DNA from: Flectonema sp. DT1601 | Taxonomy: Eukaryota | Direction: 5' to 3' | NCBI GenBank assembly: GCA_964019425.1 | Contig: OZ025793.1 | Span: 682,001-746,000 of the forward strand | DNA length: 64,000 nt | Part shown: positions 37,410 through 48,482 of the stretch, piece after piece | How the letters are laid out: the number at the start of each line of letters is the position of its first letter | Position numbering within the stretch: position 1 is the first letter of the stretch | The notes under the pieces: model-generated | What the model was told of the DNA's origin: nothing | What the model saw: only the letters and a program-made list of their open reading frames with translations | The model's database searches: none | Translations under genes and position numbers: made by a program

Positions 37410-40400
37410 ATGAGTTATTTGTGTAAGGACGCACATGAAAAGGGATGGCACCTGTGGTACGACAAAGATGCACTACAGATTCAAAGATGTGTTGGTGCGA
37501 TGATCGTTGTCCCCGGTTACGTTTTATCAATGCTATTGGTGTTATGGAGAAGTGAAAGAAAAGGTGGTCGGATTGGAGCCTCTATATCAATACTGATGCT
37601 TGCAGAAGGTATTACTCCATTTTTATCATTTATAAACGCTGCTAGCCCTGAGACTGGTGAGTGGATCTCACTCGGATTCGCTTCTGCTGCTTGGATCTTA
37701 TTATTCTTACAACGTCGTAGTAGGATGGTAACCTACGCTCTCATCATAATAATGTTATTTAGAATTCCTTCGTTGTGGAGTTCCGTTGTTGCCGTTCATA
37801 AGACGAATGCTGGACTACTTGATGTTATTTATATTCAAGAACCTGGAGTATGTCTTGTTCTATTGTTACTGAGATTCTGTATGAAGAGATCGAAATCAGC
37901 GTACGCCTTATCAGCACAGTACGAAAGCGTCAGCGGTGCTGCCGTCTTTGCTGGTAGTAGTGTTACACCTTTACAGTGGTTGGGATTCACGTGGGTGTCA
38001 CCTCTTATTTCACAAGCCTTTGAGAGAAATCTTGATAGTGAAGATATGATGCCTTATGGAGTTCCTTCTCGTTGTTGTTATTGGGATGATGTGTTTAGAT
38101 TGAAGCGTCCATTTTACTACTTGGTGTGGACTCCACGCTTCGCTGGTGTCCTTTTTATGAAATTTCTAGTTGGTGGTGCTACCGTCATCTTCCCGCTCTT
38201 GATCAGAACGTTTCTTGAGGAGATGCTTACAAAACATATTTTCGCTTTCATTGCAACTGCAGTAGTTCAGACTCTCCTAACAACACACGAGAATTGGTTA
38301 TCACGTAGAACATCTGTCGGATATCAAACACAACTACACAGAAGACTTATTTCAGCAATAATTAAAGCAAACGAAGCAGACAGATCAGCATACAACAGCA
38401 TTGCTTTGTCCTCAGCAGTTAGAAGGCTCACCAATGGTCTCTTCGCAATGGTTTCTTTAGTTGTTGACTCTTTGCTTCTTATAACAATTACTTACTTGTT
38501 ATATTTACAAGTTGATTGGCCTTTTGTTAGTGGTGTGTCTTGTATATTGGTGTTGTTTCCGTTGAATTTCGCTGCGGCGTTGTCAATAAGTAAAGCTGGT
38601 AAAGAGATGAATGAATTCACACAAAAGAGAGTTTCCAGAACACAAGACATTTATGAAAACATTGAAAGCGTAAAGCTACTTTCTTGGTATGACTTTGCAG
38701 CTAGTTGGGTTGACTTACCAAGACAAAAAGAAATGGCGAGACTAGCAACAAGACGACACTATGAAGCAGCTCTCCTAGGCATCTGCACTATAGCACCTGT
38801 CCTAGTGATGTACAGCGTGATACTAACTTGTTATTATCAACATATTGAGATTTCTGTTGCAAAGTCAGTCTCAGCCCTGGTCTTATGTTCAGTCATTGTC
38901 GGATCACTAACAGGAATACCGTCATTAGTTGCTAGAGTCATAGAAGCTAATAATGCCTATAAAGTCTTAAGTATTCTACTTGGACCACAAAGTGTAATAG
39001 ACGACGATGATGAACTTCAATCTGTTGAAGCAATCGATCCAATTATTGATGAAGTCGGATACACGAGAGATGCAATATCAATAACACTTCATGGGAAGTA
39101 TACTTGGAACCCTTCTGAGACTCCTCTTCCAACAGATGGTACTACAGGTGAAACTATTATCAATAAAGATGAAGTCATCGTTAAGCATCCTGTTCTCATA
39201 TCACCAGGTGATTTAGTTGCGGTCATAGGCCATGATGAAACTGCTAAATCTAACTTAATGTGGTGTCTTATGGGTGAGATGAAGTCAGATGTCCTTGAAG
39301 GTAATCAGCATAATGTTCTTAGAGCTTTTTCACCTGCCAACCCGATGGTCTTCGCTGGCACTGTGTATGACAATATCACTCTGGGTAAGGCTTTTAATAA
39401 AGACTTCTGTGATAGTATTATGGCTGCTGCTAGTCTCAATAGATGTTTCCCCCACGGTGGAAGCAGCTACATCACTGACAGTGTCGTCAGTAAACAAGAA
39501 CGTTCTAAAATATCAATTGCCAGAACTCTTTATAGTTCTTCTCACATTGCGCTGTTGGAAGATCCTTTGGAAGTTCTTGATGTGCAAGCCCGTCAGCGAT
39601 TAATAAATTATTTAGTCCACTGTACTGGTCAGTCGTCTCAAAGGTCTGTCGTCATCTCGCTAGCGAACCCTCCACCGACCGACTATCTCAGGAATTGTAC
39701 CAAAATAATAAAAGTTCTTAGAGACCCAGACACAAATATAACAACAGTCAGTACCATTGATCACCCACAGCAGTACGTTCGGATGTTGTTGTCGGAGGTG
39801 GTTGCTGCAGCAACTGCTTTATCGTTGATTGTTGCAGCTAATTCAGCTGATTGCTGTGCATCAGATGATTCACAAAGTGATGATGTTTTAGACTCTTCTG
39901 TCACTCTAACTCAGAAAGATTCATTCCCTGGTGGATTCTTAAGTCCTGAAAGTAGTCGGATATCACAAGGAGGATCTTCAGTAGTCTCTCACACTCCTGT
40001 TGTCAGTTTTTCAAAGTTTGCTGATAGAGTTAACGAAAGAGAGTATTGTCCTCCTAAAAAGAACCTTCCGACTGAATACTTATCATGGGTTAGTAACTCT
40101 ACTGCTATCAGATATTTAATTATTGGATTGTCTCTTGTTTTGGCATTCGCATGCCAAGCTTCACTAGTCCTCTGTGAACTAGTAATTGCAAGATGGAAGG
40201 CAGGGTTTGATTACATGCAAAGGATGCACATGGTAGTGGGTCTTGCTATATTATTATCAATACTTTCTTGTTGGATTGTTGTGTACGCTGGCTTGGCTGC
40301 GGCAAAGAATGGACATGAAAAGGCGTTTAGTCACTTTATCCATCTCAAAGATCGCGTGTTTGTTTTAATAAAAACATCACTGACAGACCAGTTGATGGCT

Positions 40401-42455
40401 AAGTTTCGTATTGATATTCCAGTCATTGATCTGCGACTTCCTGATTCAATATTTTCATTGTTGAGATTGTCGAGCCAATTACTCGCATGTGCTGTTGTTG
40501 TTTGTTTACCAAGTTTTTATATGTTTAGTGTGGGTATTCCGACATTTCTTTGTTATATATTTGCCTTTCAATATATTATACCGTCGATAAGAGAAACTAC
40601 TCGGCTTGATGATAAGGCGGTTTCAAACCTGAGCGATCTACTTGAGCAAACTGTCTCTGCAGGAGCAGTCATGCGACAAGACATTCGATTTTTTGAAACA
40701 AGAGCTTCAGAAGTATTACAACTACATTGTCAAACAGTTTGTACAAAACAAGCTTGTCTGTCGTGGCTGAGATTAATATTATCATGTGCTGCGTTACCAG
40801 TCTTTGGTCTGATCTCCATCCTTGCTGTTATAAATAAAGCTTCTGCTGACAGTCAATCAGACGGTATCACCGGATTAGCGTTACTGTATGCCTTTGAACT
40901 TCCTATTGTTATGTGTGATTTCATAAATTGCTATTGTAGTTGTGAAAAACAACTTCTTGCAGTGCAACAGCTGGCAGAGCTGTCTCGACTTGATGCGGAA
41001 AGCATCCCACCAACTGAAAATCAGAATCGCTATTTGCCTCCGACAGGAGCATTAAACTTCAGAGACGTAAACACTTGTCTTAATAAAGCTAGTAGAGGTT
41101 ATTTAAAATTAAGATTCTGCTCCTTCCCTGGAGCCACCAATGAGATACTTTGCCAACACCCAACAGAGATTCACGAAGCCCACTGGAGTTGCTGTGGTAT
41201 AACAATAAGAAATGGTAATTTGTGTAAGGCAGAGAATGATTCTAGAGTTGGTCATGGAGGGGAATGGAAAAACAAACCAACTCGCAGGACTCCACAAAAA
41301 AGATGTAAACGATGGTGTTCTGTTCCTGGATTCATTGATGGTATTTTATGTGAACATATTGGAATTGAAATTAGATCTCCGCATTGGTCCTGCTGTGGAT
41401 CAATGATACAAACTAGTAAATGCAGTTCCAGATTCAACATGACAGAAAGACAACACTGCGGTGAATGGCGAGACGGTCAACCTCAATTCAGAATGCTAAA
41501 AAGTATTAACACCAGAGTGGTAACCGGCGAACGCATTGCCGTACTCGGGGATGTCCGTTCTGGTAAGACGTCGATCATGCAACTTTTAACTAAAACTGGT
41601 GTACAGGAAATGATATCTGGATCATTCTTGATTGATAAAAGACCTGTTGAAGATTTATCAGAAGAAGTTTTGAGACAGTCAGTTGTTGGACTGAATAGTT
41701 GTCCATTTATATTTGAGGGTGACATTGCTTATAACATCGATCCTTTTAATACGTATCCATCTCTTGTTCTGAGAGCAATAAGTGAAGTTCAATTATATCC
41801 GACATACTCACTGACTACGAGAGCTCTTGACTTGCCTCTTGCTCATCAGTTTTTGGTATCGCTTGCTCGTGTTGTTCTTAGAGCCTTGGCTCACTCTGCG
41901 ACGAATTCCCCGTCGCGACCTGCGCCTATTCGTGTTCTCATAGTAGACAGTCTGTCTGCGTACCAACCATTCTTAGAAAGTTGTGTATTAAAGATTATCG
42001 CAAAAGTATTTCCAAACGCAACACTTCTTGTCGCTGTCTCACAAGTAGATTCTGTAATGTCTATTGCTAGCGAGAATGGATCGTCTTATTTCGATTCAGT
42101 CTTCGTCATGGAAGACGGAAAGCTAACAGATCACTGTGGGATGTCAACTCTTATTCACAAACGAGGAGCTGATGGAAGCATTCGATCATTAATTGATGGG
42201 GCAGTTAGTTGTGATTTATTCCGTCGGGACAGTCTCGGAATTGGAATGGGTGTTCGATTTTCGTCATTTCACACCGACAGTACTTTCTCTGTTTCTGGTG
42301 TGGTTTCAGGAATGGAAGCTCCTCAGCCTCCGTCTTTTAGTCGTCATTTTGATATTCAAGGTAGTCAGTCAATGAGTGACTTACAACACGACTTACGTGT
42401 GAGACAATCACCAAAGTTTTTAAGTCATCACTCAGGAACTGCCAATAGATTTTAG
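37410..42455 (+). CDS. Divergent ABCC/MRP-like full-length ABC transporter, 1,681 aa
   Basis: TMD0-like N-terminus, FTWVSPLI linker, IESVKLLSW, two TMD+NBD halves; Walker A-like GHDETAKS and GDVRSGKT; PFIFEGDIAYNIDPF. Confidence 0.85.
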   Translation: MSYLCKDAHEKGWHLWYDKDALQIQRCVGAMIVVPGYVLSMLLVLWRSERKGGRIGASISILMLAEGITPFLSFINAASPETGEWISLGFASAAWILLFLQRRSRMVTYALIIIMLFRIPSLWSSVVAVHKTNAGLLDVIYIQEPGVCLVLLLLRFCMKRSKSAYALSAQYESVSGAAVFAGSSVTPLQWLGFTWVSPLISQAFERNLDSEDMMPYGVPSRCCYWDDVFRLKRPFYYLVWTPRFAGVLFMKFLVGGATVIFPLLIRTFLEEMLTKHIFAFIATAVVQTLLTTHENWLSRRTSVGYQTQLHRRLISAIIKANEADRSAYNSIALSSAVRRLTNGLFAMVSLVVDSLLLITITYLLYLQVDWPFVSGVSCILVLFPLNFAAALSISKAGKEMNEFTQKRVSRTQDIYENIESVKLLSWYDFAASWVDLPRQKEMARLATRRHYEAALLGICTIAPVLVMYSVILTCYYQHIEISVAKSVSALVLCSVIVGSLTGIPSLVARVIEANNAYKVLSILLGPQSVIDDDDELQSVEAIDPIIDEVGYTRDAISITLHGKYTWNPSETPLPTDGTTGETIINKDEVIVKHPVLISPGDLVAVIGHDETAKSNLMWCLMGEMKSDVLEGNQHNVLRAFSPANPMVFAGTVYDNITLGKAFNKDFCDSIMAAASLNRCFPHGGSSYITDSVVSKQERSKISIARTLYSSSHIALLEDPLEVLDVQARQRLINYLVHCTGQSSQRSVVISLANPPPTDYLRNCTKIIKVLRDPDTNITTVSTIDHPQQYVRMLLSEVVAAATALSLIVAANSADCCASDDSQSDDVLDSSVTLTQKDSFPGGFLSPESSRISQGGSSVVSHTPVVSFSKFADRVNEREYCPPKKNLPTEYLSWVSNSTAIRYLIIGLSLVLAFACQASLVLCELVIARWKAGFDYMQRMHMVVGLAILLSILSCWIVVYAGLAAAKNGHEKAFSHFIHLKDRVFVLIKTSLTDQLMAKFRIDIPVIDLRLPDSIFSLLRLSSQLLACAVVVCLPSFYMFSVGIPTFLCYIFAFQYIIPSIRETTRLDDKAVSNLSDLLEQTVSAGAVMRQDIRFFETRASEVLQLHCQTVCTKQACLSWLRLILSCAALPVFGLISILAVINKASADSQSDGITGLALLYAFELPIVMCDFINCYCSCEKQLLAVQQLAELSRLDAESIPPTENQNRYLPPTGALNFRDVNTCLNKASRGYLKLRFCSFPGATNEILCQHPTEIHEAHWSCCGITIRNGNLCKAENDSRVGHGGEWKNKPTRRTPQKRCKRWCSVPGFIDGILCEHIGIEIRSPHWSCCGSMIQTSKCSSRFNMTERQHCGEWRDGQPQFRMLKSINTRVVTGERIAVLGDVRSGKTSIMQLLTKTGVQEMISGSFLIDKRPVEDLSEEVLRQSVVGLNSCPFIFEGDIAYNIDPFNTYPSLVLRAISEVQLYPTYSLTTRALDLPLAHQFLVSLARVVLRALAHSATNSPSRPAPIRVLIVDSLSAYQPFLESCVLKIIAKVFPNATLLVAVSQVDSVMSIASENGSSYFDSVFVMEDGKLTDHCGMSTLIHKRGADGSIRSLIDGAVSCDLFRRDSLGIGMGVRFSSFHTDSTFSVSGVVSGMEAPQPPSFSRHFDIQGSQSMSDLQHDLRVRQSPKFLSHHSGTANRF

Positions 42456-45437
42456 CTACCGACGGAATTCATGAGCTGCTTTTTTTCTAACAAGTAGATT
42501 TCTATTTCAGAACATGACAACATTTGTCAATTTTTGTTGTTGTTCCTTTTTTTTTTTTTATTCGTCTATTCAAACTATTAGTAGTATTGCTGTTTACTTT
42601 CCTGATTGATTATCGTCTTTTCTGGTGAGTAGGATACTTTGCTTGTTTGATTCCAACCATAACAGCTGAGGGAGTACTTTCGTACGGTTGTCTTATTGTT
42701 TCCAGGGAAGAGTGTTTGTGACTGTCTTGCCTGTTTGTTTTTTTTTTTTTTTGCACAAAAATTTTAGTGTTTTTTCCCATCTGGATTTTTTTTTTTCTTC
42801 GTTTAATTTTTCAAGCCAATTCTTTGTTATTATTGTACAGCGCTTTTTTTGCGTGCAATAATGTGACAAGAAAGGTATTTCTGTTGGGCCAATTAGAAGA
42901 AGTTAAGGCCTTTCTGTTCAGAGATGGCTGTTCATTTTGTTCGTCAGTGTTATGATATAAGAATCCTCCGACTGTAGTGAACATATATGTACCTTTTAGG
43001 GTTTGTAGAGTGGTTGTTTATGTTGTTTAATTTTATCACAAATCTTATTTTTCTGTGCAATTATGCTCTTTGTGGTAAATTATCAAACCTGAATTCGGTG
43101 TATGCGGTGGTTTGTGTTGTTTTTTTTCTTTTTGTGGGGGACCATAGTCGGAATTCGTCACAAAAAGAAATGCTCCTACTGCTAGTATTCTATGGGTGCT
43201 TTTCGCTTGAGCTACTGCTACCATTGTCCCCTTTACTCTGAAGTTATTATTCTGCCGCCAATTATCATTTCTTTTTTTTTTCTTTTTTTTTTTTTTTTTT
43301 TCCACAGCATGTATCGTTGGCTTAAAAAAAAAAAAACGTTATTTGTAATTATTCCCTCATATTTATTATCTGCGCTTGTTTTTTTTTTTTATCTAAAAAC
43401 GTTTAATCAGATACGGTTTTCGAGTTGTTTCTGTGAATGTTCAGCAAAATGAAAAATTCTATCAGAGGAGGTGGTGTCTTTCTTTCTCTCCGCGTGTCAC
43501 TTGTACCGTGTTTGGCAGATGGTAAATCCTATTGTCGATGGTGTCTATGCATTAAATGTGGTATTTGTATTTTCTTTTATGCTTAAGAGTTAGACTCATA
43601 AAATACTAGATTCTCTCCGGGTGAAAAAAATCCTACTAATTACAACGTTGTTGTTGTTATTGTTGTTGATTCTTTTTTTTTTCTTTTTTTAATGTGAAGG
43701 CCTCCGAGTTAACTTGTCTTTAAAAATATTTAACTTTTTTTCGTAATAACGCTTCTAACAACTGCTGTTACGACAACCCTCCCACACTCTAACTGCAATG
43801 ATGCCTGAGATTTAACACGCAAACGCGGTTGCCTTGAGCTCTTCTCTTTCTACCTCGTTGATATTTAATTCTACTATTAAATTATTTTTTTTAAATAAAA
43901 AAAAAAGAAAGCGTAAAAGCACGTTCCTTCACCATTAGTTAATGGCATGGCCTTATGCGAGAGAAGAGATCCCCTCCCTTCTGAACTCCAGACGACTGTG
44001 TAGAACCCAGGCCGAGAGAAAATCAAATGAATTTTGGTACTAGAAATGCCTTTTTTTATTTTCTTTTTTTTTTTTTAATATTGTTTGCAGCTGTTTGGTG
44101 TGTCTCCACACCGATATTTTTTTTCTTCGTTATTTTTGTTGCGGATCATCTCAAAAACCCCATCTTTACAATAAAAACCTCGTGATTATCTAGGGGGCGA
44201 AAAGAGATGGAAAATTTTCTTATTTTTTTTTTATTCATTGTTTTACTGGTTTATTATATTTTCTTTTTTTTTTTTTTTTATTGACTTGTTTTCTGCTGCT
44301 GCTCATGCGCCAGATTGATTGAAAAAAATAATGTTTTTCCTAACTCAGTTTTTGTTGACCATTCGAAACGAGTTGTAGAAACCAACACAAGCAATCGAGT
44401 GATTGCTCCCCCTGGTTGGTGCATTTATTTTTACTGCCTAGCACTTAACCCTTAAGTTTATGTTGGTAGCATTCTATTCCCTGTAACTGATGTTGGATTG
44501 CTTCTACATGTCAAAGTATCACCCCCACCAGGTTTCATGAAGTAGACTCCTGAGAGATTGCAATGCAAGGGTGTGAGATTTTTTTTTTTCTTCTTTCTCA
44601 TTGTGTAACGCCTGTTATATTTGTCTGATAACTTTCAGTTAAACAGAAATAGTTAGTCGGATCTTCAAACTCTGTTGAAGTCATCCTGTTGGGTTACTCT
44701 CTCAAACTGTTTCGGTCGATTTACAAGTGAGCACTTCTCTTTCTAACCCATCTCACTGTTTGGGCATTTCTTCTTTGTTTTTTCTGCTTCTTTGGACTCA
44801 ATACATTTTCGTTGTGCTGAAGTTATGTTTTGTTATCTATTTGTTTGTTTTTTTTTGGTATTCTTAGCAATGTGCAAGAACACAATCGTACTGACAGATA
44901 CGAGTTCGGGGCTGTTATTGTTACTGGTAAGACTCGTTTAAAGATCAAACGACTTACTGCTGCTCAAATGTCTATTTAGTACATAGCGATAGAGAAATAT
45001 TGCTGCAGCCCCCATGTGATTAAAAGAAAAAAAAAGAAAATTGTGTGACAAAAGGTCACTCAAGGATTCTTTTATTTTGTTTATGTATGAGCCAGAACTG
45101 AATGAAAATCATGAATTGAAGAATAAGTAGGTAAAAAGTAGCTTCATTAACCCCATCAAATAGCAGAAGAAGAAGAAGCACAAACAAAAAGGAATAAACC
45201 AAAAAGAGATATAGGCAAAAAAGAGCCGGGAATGAAGAAAAAAAGGGGGAAAAAAAGACCAGTGGCCCACCGTTCTTCTTTTGTGAACTAACGGCTATGC
45301 AATAGCAATGACAGATACGTGAATTCTTGCAAAAACGGTATTTATTGTGTTGCTATGGCGTTGATTTTTTTGATATAATTTTTTTTCCATCAACTTTTCT
45401 TTTCAAAATCCCTTGTAGGTTGCGGCAAATACAAAAG

Positions 45438-47954
45438 ATGTCTACACAAAGCGGCTCTTTTAACGTCGGAGATTCTGATGCCAGTGGCAGTCGAGTAGAA
45501 GAAGAAAATGAAGAATCTTATTCAGCCTGCGTGAGATTAGTAAATTATATTGTAAAAGGATGGATGTCTCCGTTGGACTCAGCCGATGACCGCATGAGAA
45601 AGCGGTTGGGTGTTCCGTTATCGATGGTTGTGTGCACCACTCAAATATTATTAGGATTAAAAAATATATTTTTAGGTCCTTTCTTCCTGACACTCAACTT
45701 AGCAAGAACAGTAGTTCTCATGTCACTGTTGCTGTACTCTCGGGTTACGGGAGTCTTTCCGAGACCTTTTGTTGAATTCGCTGTTGGTTTTTATGCGATA
45801 TTTTACTCTTTTGTTGGAGATGTTTGGGACTACGGAACTGAAGACATTTGGTCAACTTCTATCCTGCTCACGGATGTTCTTTTATTATTTAGATGCCGAC
45901 AAGCTGCTCTACGAGCGATGGTTTCCTTCACGGTGGTGTTTTTAATCGTCAAAACTACTGAAGAAGCAATTCGATTCGGACTTTATGATTGGGTTGATTG
46001 GGGTCAGACAACAACACAGAAACCTGAAGCGAAAGGATTGGGTTGGCTTTCAACAACATTAAGCGTCCGGCTTATTGTTTTTTTGGGTGATTTTGCAATG
46101 ACTCAAAGATTCGTTTTGGGATTGAAGGAAGAGCAACAACATGCAACACAAGCAGTTGAGTTAGCCCAGCTAATTGCTGATGCATTGGTTGAATTTGATT
46201 TGAATAAAGCTGAGATGTTAGTACGTAAGAGTAAGGACACGAAGTTGACTTGTGCTTTCAGAGCGTTGTTATCGAATCTTCATGTTTACAGACCGTTCTT
46301 ACCGGATGCTTTATTCACTTCAATTACTGACCCCTACGATGAATCGACACCACTGAGAGAGAGAATGTGCCCACCTGGTGTTGATGAAAAAGATGTTACC
46401 ATTGTCTTTACCGACATCGAGTCTTCGACGCACATTTGGGAAACCTACACATTTGCTATGGAACAATCAATGTTAATCCACAATACAATTATGAGACAGT
46501 GCACTCGCTTATCAAACGGTTATGAAGTGAAGACAATAGGAGATGCCTTCATGGTCAGCTTTTCTTCAGCACAAGAAGCAATTTTCTTTTGCTTTGAAGC
46601 ACAATGCAGACTACTGAATGTATGCTGGCCAGAAGGTCTTGGAAATCATAAATTATGTAAACCGATATCATCTGAAGGTAATTTATATTGGAATGGATTA
46701 CGAGTTCGAATGGGGGTTCATAAAGGGCCAGCTCAGCTTGATGTGAACCCTGTTACTCAACGAGCTGATTACATGGGTCTCACAGTTAATCAAGCATCTC
46801 GTGTTGAGGCTGCTTCAGTTGGAGGTGGTATAGTCATCACCGATGATGTATATTTCTCACTCTCACTTACAGATAATAGTCTTGGAGGACCTCCTCTTCA
46901 CCATGAAATGGGATTAACTTTACTCCGAGGTGTTGGGGAAGTTAATTTACATTTATTGACTCCATTTCTATTAGCGTCACGACATTCTGAATTGATAAAA
47001 CTGATAGAGAAGAAAACTAAGAAACTCGATAACGAAATTTTAGTAAAAAGATGGAGAAGTTCAACAACTACAACAACCAAGGATCGTTTAAGACTAACCC
47101 GAGCAACTGCTGTGACTGCTCGAGTCGACTTTAGTTGTCTTTCAGAACAGTCTTCAGTTGCTGATGGTGCAAATCTACTACTCGGCTGCCTACTTGACAG
47201 TTCTGAACGTTCCGAAGGACTCGTGTCATCCGTCTTTGGGAGCTGTATAACAGTTGTGTGGAATGCTGGTAAGCGTTGCACTATGCACGTAGCCCAGGCA
47301 GCGAATTACGTTTTAAGTTGCAATCGTTTATTAGAAACCAAGAATAAGAGTTATCTAACTCGCAACACCTTTGGAATGTACACCGGAGCAGTATTTCACG
47401 GAGTACTTGGACCCTCACGGCAAAGGTTCGTTACAGTGCTGGGACATGCAATTGATATGACTTACGCACTTAGTGATTGCGCTGTTGAGTTGGGAACTTT
47501 CTGTTTGTTAGCTGGGGAAAGCTCAGCTGCCCAGGATCCAACTTTCGGTTTGCACACTCGACCTGTTGATACATGGATATTTACATCTGGAAAGGAACTT
47601 ATTTACCAACTCAACATGAAGACATTTATCAAAGCCCAAGGTGCTTGGAATCTCTATACTGATGTCATCCCTGATGATTGGGGAAAACTATTTTGGGATG
47701 CCTTTCTTAGTGAAGATGTCGAAACAATGAAATTACTCGCTCCAGATTGTGATGTAGTTTCGTATATTCTTCAGATTTTAAAGAAGGAGAAATCCCTCCC
47801 TCGTCTTAAACGAGAGGGATTAGGTTCTCCTTTTATAACACCTGAGCAGGTTGAAAACTCATCCTTTGCGACATCGTCAGTTGCCAGGACAACTGTGAGG
47901 CTTTGTTCCTTAAGTCCGATGACTACTGTTGAGCTATATAGCGACCTCCTGTGA
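45438..47954 (+). CDS. Membrane-bound class III adenylate cyclase with a second degenerate cyclase-like domain, ~838 aa
   Basis: Multi-TM N-terminus; VFTDIESST, YEVKTIGDAFMV, LRVRMGVHKG, DYMGLTVNQASRVE; the C-terminal domain (SVFGSCITVVWN, GAVFHGVLG) lacks the catalytic Asp residues. Confidence 0.9.
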   Translation: MSTQSGSFNVGDSDASGSRVEEENEESYSACVRLVNYIVKGWMSPLDSADDRMRKRLGVPLSMVVCTTQILLGLKNIFLGPFFLTLNLARTVVLMSLLLYSRVTGVFPRPFVEFAVGFYAIFYSFVGDVWDYGTEDIWSTSILLTDVLLLFRCRQAALRAMVSFTVVFLIVKTTEEAIRFGLYDWVDWGQTTTQKPEAKGLGWLSTTLSVRLIVFLGDFAMTQRFVLGLKEEQQHATQAVELAQLIADALVEFDLNKAEMLVRKSKDTKLTCAFRALLSNLHVYRPFLPDALFTSITDPYDESTPLRERMCPPGVDEKDVTIVFTDIESSTHIWETYTFAMEQSMLIHNTIMRQCTRLSNGYEVKTIGDAFMVSFSSAQEAIFFCFEAQCRLLNVCWPEGLGNHKLCKPISSEGNLYWNGLRVRMGVHKGPAQLDVNPVTQRADYMGLTVNQASRVEAASVGGGIVITDDVYFSLSLTDNSLGGPPLHHEMGLTLLRGVGEVNLHLLTPFLLASRHSELIKLIEKKTKKLDNEILVKRWRSSTTTTTKDRLRLTRATAVTARVDFSCLSEQSSVADGANLLLGCLLDSSERSEGLVSSVFGSCITVVWNAGKRCTMHVAQAANYVLSCNRLLETKNKSYLTRNTFGMYTGAVFHGVLGPSRQRFVTVLGHAIDMTYALSDCAVELGTFCLLAGESSAAQDPTFGLHTRPVDTWIFTSGKELIYQLNMKTFIKAQGAWNLYTDVIPDDWGKLFWDAFLSEDVETMKLLAPDCDVVSYILQILKKEKSLPRLKREGLGSPFITPEQVENSSFATSSVARTTVRLCSLSPMTTVELYSDLL

Positions 47955-48482
47955 AATTAAAAAATCTGCTTTTGTCTGCTGCCATACTCTGGTGAATGCA
48001 CCCCATCCCAGTCGCAACATCTGAGCTTGCTTAAAATATTTAGCTAACCCCTTAGGAAGAATTCACCTGTAGCACTCACACTGATGTGAAATTGCTTTCT
48101 CAATCAATTTTTTTTCCTTTTCTGTTTATCATTTTATTAAAACAGCCAATTTTGTTTTTACTCATTTTGGGTCAAAGCCATTGTCTTAAGATTTGAACCT
48201 CTCACTTAATAGTTTAGTCTAGTATTGGTGTTTATTTATTTGTTTTTGTTTCTTTACTTCACTTACACTCTACTCTCGAAGAAGCAGTAGTTTTATAATT
48301 CTTTTGTTTTATTTATTTGTTTCAATAATTTTCTAAATTGAGTTGACCTTTTTGATTGATTACAAAGTGATCTTTGAAACGTAAATGTCCTCAACGGATT
48401 ACAACGTGTAGTTAGAGAGAGTGTATAGTATTGTTTGATTGTATTTTCATCCTTCTAAAGGTCTTATTTACAATCATACGAA

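Noticed and set aside
42456..45437. Short F/K-rich ORFs in long spacers (also 23300-24900, 26700-29200, 32800-34800, 36900-37200)
   Set aside because: They arise from poly-T/poly-A tracts and are not protein-like.
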